Under the pieces are notes generated by a model, which did not search any database, was not told the origin of the DNA, and saw only the letters and a list, made by a program, of their open reading frames with translations. The position numbers and the translations under genes were made by a program. Positions 10,752 through 19,859 of a stretch of DNA of 57,923 nt are shown here, one piece after another (within the stretch, counting starts at the first letter, position 1; every line of letters starts with the position of its first letter). Source of the stretch: an uncultured virus (IMG/VR IMGVR_UViG_3300024999_000050) (taxonomy: Duplodnaviria; Heunggongvirae; Uroviricota; Caudoviricetes). The stretch is taken from IMG/VR virus record IMGVR_UViG_3300024999_000050. One strand, written 5' to 3'.

Positions 10752-13700
10752 TTATCCACTCCATCGGGCTACAGCCCTAGAAATCTCATCCTCAAATGAA
10801 GAATTACCTATATCAGCTAATTGCTTAACTTGTACGGTAAACTTAGAATCTTTAAAAGTCATAGATCTAGTTCCACCAGGTTTGCCAGAATGGTAATCGT
10901 ACAAAGTTATTGGACTTATACCTGAAGGAAGATTGAATGATCCTTGATTTAGTGATTTTTTAATTTCATCCAAATGTCCTAAAGCTTCTTTTTGGACGTT
11001 TAAAAGATCTAAATCAATTTGCATTAATTGATCGCTACCTTCTCCATAACCTTGATCTACAAATTTATTTCTTTGCTCCGTCAATCTTTTAAATTGATCC
11101 TTCAACGATTCAATAATATCCATACTATAATTTTTACTTAATTGCCTATACATTGGAGATTCTTCTCGTAATCCGAAAGGATTTTGGACAAGGTATTGTA
11201 ATAACCCTACGTCTTTTTTACCAGAAGCTAAGGATGTTACTAGATCTCCATGCTGTTTCGTAGCTGAATATTGATTTTGCATCGTGTTATATTTTATGTC
11301 ATTCAAATATTCTGCTGATTCTTTTTGAGTTTCTGCTATGGCTGCCAATAATTTATTTCTATCCTCATCGGATGTCTTTTTATCTCCAATAACATTTAAT
11401 TCGTCTATAAGTTTCTTGTTTATTTCTAAAAGTTTTTTGTCAGCTTCTTGCTGAATTTTTTTATACTCGTCTGATTGTTCTGCATCTGGATCTTTTTGTT
11501 TTAAGTTCTCTAAATCTCTGTCTCTTTCACTCATTATTCTATTTCTTATGTCGTCATATTTTTCTTTCGTTGTCCTAATAGCTAAAGCTATTGCCGTAAT
11601 ATCATTTTCTTGGTATCCAGGAATACTTGTTAAGTCACTTCCCTTTAGAGCTTCATCTTGTTCCGATAATGCTTTTTTAACTGCTTCATCATAATCAAAA
11701 TCACTAGCAAATGCTGGACTAAAACCAAAGAATTCCTTCAAACTTGGGTACTTTTCAAATATTCCGTCAAGCATCCCTGTCATCCCTGCAATACCTATAG
11801 CTATTGCTGCCAACATTATTATAAGTCTTAGACCTGTAGCTGTTGTTAAAAAAGAAAATGCTGCCCCTAAACCTTTAACTCCTAATGTTAGTAATTTTAT
11901 AGGATTCAATAAAGATAAGGCTAACCTTCCAAAAGATCTTAAAAAGGTTAATAAACCTTGAGCTACTATTTGAGATCTTAAGAATGCAAAAGCTAAAGCT
12001 AGTCTACGAATTAATGCCGATAATACTGCAATAGGTCCTGTTCCATTTACCGTAAGCATAAATGAGACTAACCAAAATCTAGCCCTTTGAATTATTATTA
12101 AAGACATAAATCCAGCGTACAACATTCTTAGGAAAACAAATATTGGCCTAAAAGTAGCTACTAACAATGAGGCTGTATAAAAACCGACTAAAGCAAAAGT
12201 AGCTGTTACTATTGGAAATCTTATTGTCTGCCAATTGATTAGAAATAAATAGACAATCGCTCCGAAAACTTTTACAACTTCTAATCCCACCTTGACCATG
12301 TCGGCTAAAGCTTTACCAATAGCTTCAACATTTTCAGGTTTAACTCTTAAAAGTAGTTTTGTTAATTTTTCTATTTCATATGAAACTAATCCATATAATT
12401 TAACATCCCCAATATCTTTCTTTCTAATATTATATATATCAGATAATGTACTTAATCTGCCCGATACTGTCTCTTTACCTATTCTTTCTGACATTCCACC
12501 TAATCTATCTGCCACAGTTATTTTTAAATCTTCCAACCAATCTTTAAAGTCTCCCATATACTGATTCTGGCTATCAAATTTAGATCCAGCCGATTGTTTC
12601 ATAGATGCACGACTTATTACCGGAAAGAAGGATGCCATAGAGTCCATAGCTAAACCTATTTGACCACCGGAGGCTAATCCTATAATTCTACCTAACTCTG
12701 ATAGGTTCTGGTCTGAAGTCAAACCTAATGGGGAAGGTGAAGCTCCTAAATCTTTTAATACCTGATAATGTTTAATTGGATCTAAATTAGCTCCTAACAT
12801 CTTCATAGCGAAGTCCTGCATTCCTCTTGATTCAAAGGGACTTACCGCAGCTTCTTTTATGGTCCAATCTATCAAAGTTTTTGCTTTTTCTTTATCCTTT
12901 AAAAGAACTTCAAAAGATATTTTCATCTTTTCTAGTTCCATATTAGGCTTAACAAAAGCCTCCCATAGTTTTTCAGAAATCCACCCACCAGTGAAAATAT
13001 AACCTACTCCGGCAAGTAAATACATATCTTTCTTTAAATTTCTGACTGAATTTCTTAAAGCCTCAATTCCGTCTGTTGCATGATCCGTTCTTCTTCTTAA
13101 ATCTCCTAATGGATTTCCGTTAATATCTACCCTAATCCTTGAACCATTTATTTTATTTATTGCTATTATGATTCGATTAAGAACTCTTAAAGTTTCTGCA
13201 ATTCTTGAATTATCAGCCTCAATTCTTATTCCTCTCATTCCAGCGAATAAACTTCTTATATTTGCGAAAACTGAATTTGCCTGACTTCCATTTAGTCTAA
13301 GATTCATTGGAACTTCTAATAATTTCTTAATAACCATCAATTTTGTTACAACAGAATTAAGTGGTGTTAATTCTGCTTTTATTCTCAATTCCATAGGATG
13401 GGTTAATAATATTTTTATTGAATCTAATTTTTTTACAACATCATTAACACCTTTATTATCAGATTGAGTTTTAATTCTTATATCATTTAAAGCATGGGCA
13501 GTTTTTAATTTTGTGATGAGATTGTTTACTGGAATCATATATACTTTTGTTTGAATATTGATATTTCTAAGCATATGAGCAGATTTAAGTTTTGTAATAA
13601 CTTGGTCTACCCCAGAATGATCTACTTTTGTTTGTATATTAATCCTACCTAAAGTCTGTAATGCTTTTAAATTGCTTCGTATGTTTGTGAAACTTGTACT

Positions 13701-13895
13701 ATTTAGATTCTTTAAACTAGCGTTAAACGCTGAAATAGATCTTTGTAAATTAGTAAATACCGTATTAAGTGCCATTCCAGCAGCACCTAAAGACATTAAT
13801 TGTTTTTCTGCCTGACTCATACCAGTATTAAAATTATTTACATCTGCTATTACTTCTGTTTGTAAGAGGTAATTTGTAGGCAAGCTATTCACCAC
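10752..13895 (-). CDS. Tape measure protein
   Basis: 1047 aa; ME..KISFEVLL...AK.L...AAVSPFE tape-measure motif, central hydrophobic segments, follows the chaperone pair. Confidence 0.9.
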   Translation of the reverse strand: MVNSLPTNYLLQTEVIADVNNFNTGMSQAEKQLMSLGAAGMALNTVFTNLQRSISAFNASLKNLNSTSFTNIRSNLKALQTLGRINIQTKVDHSGVDQVITKLKSAHMLRNINIQTKVYMIPVNNLITKLKTAHALNDIRIKTQSDNKGVNDVVKKLDSIKILLTHPMELRIKAELTPLNSVVTKLMVIKKLLEVPMNLRLNGSQANSVFANIRSLFAGMRGIRIEADNSRIAETLRVLNRIIIAINKINGSRIRVDINGNPLGDLRRRTDHATDGIEALRNSVRNLKKDMYLLAGVGYIFTGGWISEKLWEAFVKPNMELEKMKISFEVLLKDKEKAKTLIDWTIKEAAVSPFESRGMQDFAMKMLGANLDPIKHYQVLKDLGASPSPLGLTSDQNLSELGRIIGLASGGQIGLAMDSMASFFPVISRASMKQSAGSKFDSQNQYMGDFKDWLEDLKITVADRLGGMSERIGKETVSGRLSTLSDIYNIRKKDIGDVKLYGLVSYEIEKLTKLLLRVKPENVEAIGKALADMVKVGLEVVKVFGAIVYLFLINWQTIRFPIVTATFALVGFYTASLLVATFRPIFVFLRMLYAGFMSLIIIQRARFWLVSFMLTVNGTGPIAVLSALIRRLALAFAFLRSQIVAQGLLTFLRSFGRLALSLLNPIKLLTLGVKGLGAAFSFLTTATGLRLIIMLAAIAIGIAGMTGMLDGIFEKYPSLKEFFGFSPAFASDFDYDEAVKKALSEQDEALKGSDLTSIPGYQENDITAIALAIRTTKEKYDDIRNRIMSERDRDLENLKQKDPDAEQSDEYKKIQQEADKKLLEINKKLIDELNVIGDKKTSDEDRNKLLAAIAETQKESAEYLNDIKYNTMQNQYSATKQHGDLVTSLASGKKDVGLLQYLVQNPFGLREESPMYRQLSKNYSMDIIESLKDQFKRLTEQRNKFVDQGYGEGSDQLMQIDLDLLNVQKEALGHLDEIKKSLNQGSFNLPSGISPITLYDYHSGKPGGTRSMTFKDSKFTVQVKQLADIGNSSFEDEISRAVARWSG

Positions 13896-14220
13896 CCATT
13901 TTTATATTTACTCTTCCTCTTATACTTGTTTCTTTTATTCTTTCTTGCATTTCTTTTAATCTTTGAAAACCTTCTTCATCTCTTTCTTCTTTCTTATAGT
14001 ATGGACTCTCTGATTCCAGAGATTTTAATAATTCTCTCCTAACTTCTTCTGGATCTCCATGCTGAATATTTATTAATGACAAATATTCTATTATCTTTTT
14101 GGTTCCCTCTAATTTAAACTCATCTTCTTTCCTTTGTTTGGCCTCATTAACCAAACATAAAATTTCCCCAGGATACAATTCTGCAACTGTATCTGGGGAA
14201 TAGTTGTACTCTCTACCCAT
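13885..14220 (-). CDS. Tail assembly chaperone, gpT-like (C-terminal part of a -1 frameshift product)
   Basis: Frame is open back to the A AAA AAG site at 14328-14334; WY..L..MGREYNYSPD.V..L motif. Confidence 0.8.
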   Translation of the reverse strand: MGREYNYSPDTVAELYPGEILCLVNEAKQRKEDEFKLEGTKKIIEYLSLINIQHGDPEEVRRELLKSLESESPYYKKEERDEEGFQRLKEMQERIKETSIRGRVNIKMGGE

Positions 14221-14258
14221 GAATCCTACAAGTTTTATATACCAATTAGGATCAATTT

Positions 14259-14702
14259 CTACTTTTTCTGATTCTTCAGAAGGTCTCTCAGCATTTCCTC
14301 CGGTACTTCCATCTGTTCCGGCAGGTACTTTTTTACCTTCTCACCAATAGCGAATAGGTTGTTTACCTCTATAACCGCTATAACAATGTTGACCAATTCA
14401 TAAAGTCCTATAAGATCGTCAAAGTCGTTAATCTCAAGGACGGGAACAGCATCCATAACAAACTCAATAACCAGATCTGTATTTTCCTCAATAAACTCAA
14501 TTATTAGGTCAATAAAGACCAAGTTCGAGTTACTTTCAATCCGATTAGCTTTTTCTGCCTGTTCTGATAGTTTTTTAAGTATTTTTCTAAGGGAACCGCA
14601 GATCAAAGCATATTTTTTGATCCCTAATTTCTTAATCGGGATCTTCTTATCATCGTCCAATTCCACATACTGAATTTTAGGATTGCTTACACCAATAGAC
14701 AT
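14259..14702 (-). CDS. Tail assembly chaperone, gpG-like
   Basis: Between tail tube and tape measure; contains an in-frame slippery heptamer. Confidence 0.8.
   Translation of the reverse strand: MSIGVSNPKIQYVELDDDKKIPIKKLGIKKYALICGSLRKILKKLSEQAEKANRIESNSNLVFIDLIIEFIEENTDLVIEFVMDAVPVLEINDFDDLIGLYELVNIVIAVIEVNNLFAIGEKVKKYLPEQMEVPEEMLRDLLKNQKK
14328..14334 (-). promoter_or_regulatory. -1 ribosomal frameshift slippery site A AAA AAG
   Basis: GTA AAA AAG in the gpG frame; the -1 frame is stop-free into ORF 13885..14220. Confidence 0.8.
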
Positions 14703-14742
14703 AAAATAAAACCTCCTATTATTTATATTTCATAAATTTCAT

Positions 14743-14780
14743 AAAAAAAGGAACCAGAATATCTCTATTCCGATTCCTTA
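14743..14780 (-). terminator. Intrinsic terminator after the tail tube gene
   Basis: Imperfect AAGGAA...TTCCTT stem followed by a T-run on minus strand. Confidence 0.6.
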
Positions 14781-14787
14781 TGTTTTC

Positions 14788-15423
14788 TTAATCTTCAATT
14801 ATTTCCTGTCCGAAGTCTTCAGTCGAAGTAAACTCTGGAGAATTTTCAGCAGCAGTAGAAAGATCCAAGAATGTACCACTCAATCCTTCTGACCCAATTT
14901 GGAATAACATACTTCCATTTTTCTTGGTAGGATCTATGAAAGCATCAAAGGTACACTCAATAATTCTTTCTTTATTAAACGTGAAACCAAGTTTTGCCTC
15001 TCCCTTATTTACAGCCCGATAGATTATAATATCTTCGCTGTAGTCAGTGTCAGCCATTGAAATAGGATGTAATCGTAATCTCATATATCGATCTTGAGCC
15101 CTTAGACCGGGCTTTCTACCAAAATGAAGAGACCCCGGTTTGTCAGTAGTAGACCCAGGTTTAGTCGTGAATGTAGGCATAGCCATTTTCATTTTCTTGA
15201 CTGTACTTTCAAGCATCGGAACTTTCGCTGATCCCTGCTCACCAATGAGAACTGAATCAATTGGGGTATTTCCATACTGATCCGCTTTAACATCGAACCA
15301 TTCAGGCTTATAGGTGAATTCTATACCACCCTGAGTTAGACCTAAGTTTATTTCAACAGTTTGATTTTTTGGCATTATAAATACATCACAAACGCCAAGT
15401 TTAACGCTTTCGAAATCAGACAT
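14788..15423 (-). CDS. Major tail (tube) protein
   Basis: V.LG.C.V...LGLTQGGIEFTY...DVKADQYG motif of siphovirus tube proteins. Confidence 0.85.
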   Translation of the reverse strand: MSDFESVKLGVCDVFIMPKNQTVEINLGLTQGGIEFTYKPEWFDVKADQYGNTPIDSVLIGEQGSAKVPMLESTVKKMKMAMPTFTTKPGSTTDKPGSLHFGRKPGLRAQDRYMRLRLHPISMADTDYSEDIIIYRAVNKGEAKLGFTFNKERIIECTFDAFIDPTKKNGSMLFQIGSEGLSGTFLDLSTAAENSPEFTSTEDFGQEIIED

Positions 15424-15435
15424 TCTATTTCCCTC

Positions 15436-15921
15436 CTAACCTCTTAGTGTCCTGAAATATATTTTTGGATCAAACTCTACTGCAACAATATTCACTTCTT
15501 CTAAAGTCTTTAGATATGAATTAAGCGAATTATCGTACAAAACATTTTCGCAGGAACAATTAATAACTCTCCCACCGTCAGGTATTTTAAAATCTCCCAA
15601 TGTTTTATTTTCAAGAATTATTTGAGAGATTTTTTCTGAATCCTCGTATACAAAATTGTAAGGACTAGAATCCTCTTCAAACATCTTTAAATAGTACATT
15701 GTATAGCTGTAGACCGAATCAACTATAGATTCGTTATCAGCCGTTACCGACCTAGTTCTTAAAGGTATTAGGATTATTCCTGGCAAAAAAGAATCCCACT
15801 CTGTAGGAGAGGGGAGTTTTGATAATTCACCAAGTTCTAAAGTTTTCAACTCTGTAAAATCATTTCTAATGATTTCTAAGAGTTTTTCGCTTAACTGTTT
15901 ACCAAAGAATTTTTTCTTCAA
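15436..15921 (-). CDS. Tail terminator protein
   Basis: Synteny (just upstream of tail tube), size. Confidence 0.55.
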   Translation of the reverse strand: MKKKFFGKQLSEKLLEIIRNDFTELKTLELGELSKLPSPTEWDSFLPGIILIPLRTRSVTADNESIVDSVYSYTMYYLKMFEEDSSPYNFVYEDSEKISQIILENKTLGDFKIPDGGRVINCSCENVLYDNSLNSYLKTLEEVNIVAVEFDPKIYFRTLRG

Positions 15922-16400
15922 GAATTCATCACCCTATCTAAATCACTCTTGATAAGTAGTTTCTTTCTATCGAAAACAATTTTAAAGAAAGGATGGTGAG
16001 AGTCTGTAACCCATCCACCTTTCCATTTGTCTACAACCTTTTTAGAAACTCCTGCTTTTCTGATAAACCATGCTTTAAGCAATGGAGCAGTTTTGAAAGA
16101 AACGAACCATCTTTTTCTTGATGGGCTTCCACTATGCCTTAGTTCGGCGTATTTGACGTTTGTTCCTACTTTACCTATGATTCTTCCTAATCCAGAATCA
16201 ACGTAGAATTCATGGGTTAAACTACTTCCTAAATAACCTGTGAAAGGCATACCTGAACCACTATGTTCTAACCTTGCTTCGTCAAGAATCTCTTTTGTTC
16301 TAACATTGATAACATGACTAAGCTCAAGTATTTTTTGTCTTCTTAGCTGCCGGACGACAGTTACTAACTTACCAACGTCACATTTATAAATTATTTTCAT
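15918..16400 (-). CDS. HK97 gp10-like tail completion/neck protein
   Basis: TGYLGSS...VGTNVKYA...H.G and HPFF motifs. Confidence 0.7.
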   Translation of the reverse strand: MKIIYKCDVGKLVTVVRQLRRQKILELSHVINVRTKEILDEARLEHSGSGMPFTGYLGSSLTHEFYVDSGLGRIIGKVGTNVKYAELRHSGSPSRKRWFVSFKTAPLLKAWFIRKAGVSKKVVDKWKGGWVTDSHHPFFKIVFDRKKLLIKSDLDRVMNS

Positions 16401-16724
16401 TTAATTAGACTTTAGATATGCTTCGATATGATGACCCCGACAATCAAAGGGTTCCTCAATAACTACATATCTCTTTCCTGTTTTTTCGTTTATGATTATG
16501 TCGTTAATTAATAATTCGACAAATCCTAATGAATCGTCATACTGAGTATATAAAGGTATGACCGTTTGATTCATACCTCCAGCATCGGTTCTTTTAAAAG
16601 AACTTTTTGGCTTATCAAACATAGCCGGAATTTCATTTGCTATTAGATCCTCAACTTGTTCAATCTTTTTATCAATGTTTGGTTTAGATTTTTTCCTAAG
16701 AACAGAAATTGTTGTATCAAACAA
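16401..16724 (-). CDS. Head closure protein
   Basis: Synteny; D.I...GKRY.V...GHHIE motif. Confidence 0.6.
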   Translation of the reverse strand: MFDTTISVLRKKSKPNIDKKIEQVEDLIANEIPAMFDKPKSSFKRTDAGGMNQTVIPLYTQYDDSLGFVELLINDIIINEKTGKRYVVIEEPFDCRGHHIEAYLKSN

Positions 16725-16725
16725 G

Positions 16726-17325
16726 TTATATCACCTCGCAAAAAATAGCATTTGCTTTAGAGGTAAAAGGTTTTATCAACATATCCACTTCAGGGATTCC
16801 AGTAGTTTTTTTATTCCCACCAGTAGAAAACATTTCATACTGAAATGAACCAAACTTCTGTATCTTGAAAGGTGAGGCTAAGGCTTTTTTACCGTCCATG
16901 TCATTATTTACTAAGGCTAAAGATTCAGTCAATAAAAATAAACCCATCTTTAATTCTTCAGGAATAGGATCGTATCCCCAGATTCCTTCAACTATCACAT
17001 TAGAAGTTCCAGAATAAAAAACATCGTTAATTGATGATATATTTTTATTGTTGTTCGTTATTAAATCTGTTACGTTTACACCGTCAACTAACACTAAAGC
17101 AAAACTAATAAGGTTTTCTGGTAATTCAATAACTGAAGAATCGTTTCCGTCAAGATACTTTCTGTCTTCGTAGGGAGTAAATTTAACATTAGAGAATGCC
17201 TGAATTTTAGCCATAGCTCTTTTTATGCAAAGATTTAAAACTGAATCGGTTTTACCCTTAACTAACTTAATCTCTGTACTATCACGGACATCTTTAGGGC
17301 TTATCCAGAGAATATCTTCTGGCAT
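16726..17325 (-). CDS. Head-tail adaptor
   Basis: LDGN..S.I.LP, NV.VEGIWGY..IPEELK motif. Confidence 0.7.
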   Translation of the reverse strand: MPEDILWISPKDVRDSTEIKLVKGKTDSVLNLCIKRAMAKIQAFSNVKFTPYEDRKYLDGNDSSVIELPENLISFALVLVDGVNVTDLITNNNKNISSINDVFYSGTSNVIVEGIWGYDPIPEELKMGLFLLTESLALVNNDMDGKKALASPFKIQKFGSFQYEMFSTGGNKKTTGIPEVDMLIKPFTSKANAIFCEVI

Positions 17326-17338
17326 TTAAACATCACCC

Positions 17339-17638
17339 TTACTTTTTAACTTTTTTCTTTTTTTCAGCAATTTGTTCTTCGGTTTCCTCTAAGGAGTCGG
17401 GAAGATCCTCATCGTCTTTAATATCTAAGTCTTCCTCTTCTTCGATATCCAAATCTTCCTCTACTTCTTCCAAGACATCTTTTATTTCTTGAACAATAAG
17501 GAAGTCGATATTGTCTTGGTAATACTCAATATCTTCTTCGAAAACGATATCAAAGGGTTTTGCTTTGGTGAATTTATACCTATGGGTAGCCCTGGTTTGT
17601 GCTGTCCCAATAAATTGAACTAAATATTTTTTAGCCAC
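17339..17638 (-). CDS. Acidic hypothetical head-module protein
   Basis: 99 aa, SD, D/E-rich C-terminus. Confidence 0.6.
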   Translation of the reverse strand: MAKKYLVQFIGTAQTRATHRYKFTKAKPFDIVFEEDIEYYQDNIDFLIVQEIKDVLEEVEEDLDIEEEEDLDIKDDEDLPDSLEETEEQIAEKKKKVKK

Positions 17639-17661
17639 TTAAAAGATTCTCCTTTCAAAAA

Positions 17662-17889
17662 TTATTCGTTTCTAGCTATTCCGGCATTAGCCCAGAAAAC
17701 AGATTCCTGAAGTCTTTTTAAGGATTCATATTTTTCTTCACAATCAGGACATAATTCATTAATTCTGTATGCTAAATCTTTAGCCATACTTCTAATAATC
17801 TCATATTTTTCTGGCTGTCCTAATTTTGGAGGATGATAAGAGAATTTTCTCTCTAAATCTAAATTTTTTGAAACAGATTTATTTGACAA
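17662..17889 (-). CDS. Acb2/Tad1-like helical hairpin protein (candidate immune-signal sponge)
   Basis: FSYHPPK.GQPEKYE.IR..AK.LA..I..LCP...EK...L..LQE.VFWANAGIAR. Confidence 0.65.
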   Translation of the reverse strand: MSNKSVSKNLDLERKFSYHPPKLGQPEKYEIIRSMAKDLAYRINELCPDCEEKYESLKRLQESVFWANAGIARNE

Positions 17890-17929
17890 AAATAAAACTT
17901 CCTTTCAACAATTATTAAAAATAGATATT

Positions 17930-17962
17930 AAAAAAGGGGCTAAACTTTAACATTTAGCCCCT
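17930..17962 (-). terminator. Intrinsic terminator closing the capsid unit
   Basis: AGGGGCTAAA-loop-TTTAGCCCCT + T6. Confidence 0.85.
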
Positions 17963-17987
17963 CTGTAGTTTTTGGATTTTATGAAGT

Positions 17988-18167
17988 TTAGGAATCTTCC
18001 GATTTTTCCAGTGTGAGTTCGGGAGTTTCAGTTCCTTCTTCACCTTTCAGGGCAATTATTTCAGCCCGAAGTGTTGCCAAATCTGCTACAGCAGCATTCA
18101 AGCACTCTTTAACGTCAGGATGAACTAAATTACCGTCACCAGTCATATTTTTCGGTACTTTAGGCAT
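17988..18167 (-). CDS. Small coiled-coil protein (possible head decoration); true start 18167
   Basis: AGGAGG SD before MPKVPK; heptad pattern. Confidence 0.55.
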   Translation of the reverse strand: MPKVPKNMTGDGNLVHPDVKECLNAAVADLATLRAEIIALKGEEGTETPELTLEKSEDS

Positions 18168-18229
18168 TAGGATTCCTCCTTTCATTAAGTATTTTATTAA
18201 GACCATATTGTTAGGTTCAGCAATATGGT

Positions 18230-18583
18230 CTAACCATTCCACCTAGATCTATAACCTCTAACATCAACGTGAGTGAATGTAGAATATCTCCCGATACCGT
18301 TAAACCCAACCTTTTCAGCCAGTTTAGCGACTTCAGCAGGAGACATTCCTGATATAGATATATCGGCAGCATTACCAAGTTTATGTTGACTTCTCGGAAC
18401 CCCACCTACAGCAGCGTTATGAGCTGCACACCTATAACCAGAAACAATAGTTATAGGTTTCCCAACCATATCTCTAAGTTTTTGAAGTTTAGAGATAAGA
18501 TTAGGATTTACATGGACGGTTCCGCAGCCACATTTGCATACAAATTCTGATTCATTGAAATTTTTACTTAGCTGTTTTTCCAT
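18230..18583 (-). CDS. Peptidase M15A (YcbK/D-Ala-D-Ala carboxypeptidase-like)
   Basis: NF..SEF.CKCGCG, SGYRC..HN, SQHKLGNAADI, FTHVDVR. Confidence 0.92.
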   Translation of the reverse strand: MEKQLSKNFNESEFVCKCGCGTVHVNPNLISKLQKLRDMVGKPITIVSGYRCAAHNAAVGGVPRSQHKLGNAADISISGMSPAEVAKLAEKVGFNGIGRYSTFTHVDVRGYRSRWNG

Positions 18584-18584
18584 A

Positions 18585-19784
18585 CTACTTCACCTGAAGA
18601 TTGGTCAAAAGGACAACGGCTTCAGGATTCTCCATTTGAACATCTGCCCGGAGAGTAAACACGAAAGAAGTAGAACGCTTTCTGGGATGTCTCTCGGTTT
18701 CAAACCGAATATCACGATGAATACCACAGATAAGATTTCGGTAATCAGTTAACATAGCAAAGGTTCCGTCAGAAGTACATTCCTGAATATCACTTCCGGC
18801 GTAATGCTTAAACGCCAACAAAGATCTAATGGTAACAGTTTTGGTATCAGCATCTACCGCAGAAACCATAACTTTTTCTTCATAAGGGGTATTCAACCCA
18901 AGAACTAATTCTTGTCCAGCGGTAATACCAGTAACAGAAACCACTTGGAATGACATAGATTTTGCAGGTACATCGGATGTCATTTTGGTACTAACACCAC
19001 CAGTTTTAGCTACTGGCATTTCAGTCGGTAACAGAGACATGGATTGGAGTCTTATATTACTGTAAGACATTTGGGCCGTACCCATGACAAAGTTATCACC
19101 CAGAGGTGTTCCCCTGCTATCAGCCAGATAGTCATTGTAATCCTGACTCAGATCATCGGCCATTAAGTACCTCATATTCGCCTTATTCCGGCGATACTTA
19201 GTCGGCAGAAGTTTTAATGCTTTCGAAAGTTTAGGTCTGTCAATAAACCGTGTATCGGAAGTAGAACAATCAAAAATGTGAGCACCTGCAAGGCTTCTTT
19301 GATACCAACCTTCGAAGAGTTGATTGATATGAGTAGCAGTATTCATCTGACCAGGAAGTAAAGCCTTACCCATTAGGTACGCTTCTTCAAGTTCGTTACC
19401 AATTTTAGCTGCAACCATGCGCATCAAGTGATCTACAAAAGCATCACCTTCGATGTTATCCTCTAGGGAATCATCTCCGATTTCAGCAATGGCGATCATT
19501 TCTCTTGCGACTAATTCAATTTGACTGGTTTCGATACCTACAGTGTTACCAGGATCTTGAGCAGCAGTAGCAGGAACTAAAACACGACCACCGATATCAA
19601 GCTTGTCAATCTTTTTAGTAGCAGCAGACATCCGTTCTAGCCGGACGTTACCTTTTAACCAGCTTTCATCTACCACATAATCAATAAAAGTATTTGCTTC
19701 ATCGTGAGTCATACCAATGGAACCTGTAAAAGATCCGCTAGTAACAACTCCTTTGTTTATAAGCTGTTGAACAGACTTAGCCAA
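18585..19784 (-). CDS. Major capsid protein (XkdG/HK97-fold) with inserted beta domain
   Basis: EA..FID.VVDES, SLEDNIEG..F...L, D.QMENPEAVV motifs. Confidence 0.9.
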   Translation of the reverse strand: MAKSVQQLINKGVVTSGSFTGSIGMTHDEANTFIDYVVDESWLKGNVRLERMSAATKKIDKLDIGGRVLVPATAAQDPGNTVGIETSQIELVAREMIAIAEIGDDSLEDNIEGDAFVDHLMRMVAAKIGNELEEAYLMGKALLPGQMNTATHINQLFEGWYQRSLAGAHIFDCSTSDTRFIDRPKLSKALKLLPTKYRRNKANMRYLMADDLSQDYNDYLADSRGTPLGDNFVMGTAQMSYSNIRLQSMSLLPTEMPVAKTGGVSTKMTSDVPAKSMSFQVVSVTGITAGQELVLGLNTPYEEKVMVSAVDADTKTVTIRSLLAFKHYAGSDIQECTSDGTFAMLTDYRNLICGIHRDIRFETERHPRKRSTSFVFTLRADVQMENPEAVVLLTNLQVK

Positions 19785-19859
19785 TTTATTTCCCTCCCTA
19801 AAATTGAAAATAAAAAAACCGGATTACACCGGATTAAATTTAACTAAAGTATTTAGTTG

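Noticed and set aside
18575..18600. Capsid-M15 peptidase fusion by frameshift or read-through
   Set aside because: The peptidase is in the +1 frame, which has a TGA three codons upstream of its ATG; no slippery site; an AGGTG SD explains independent initiation
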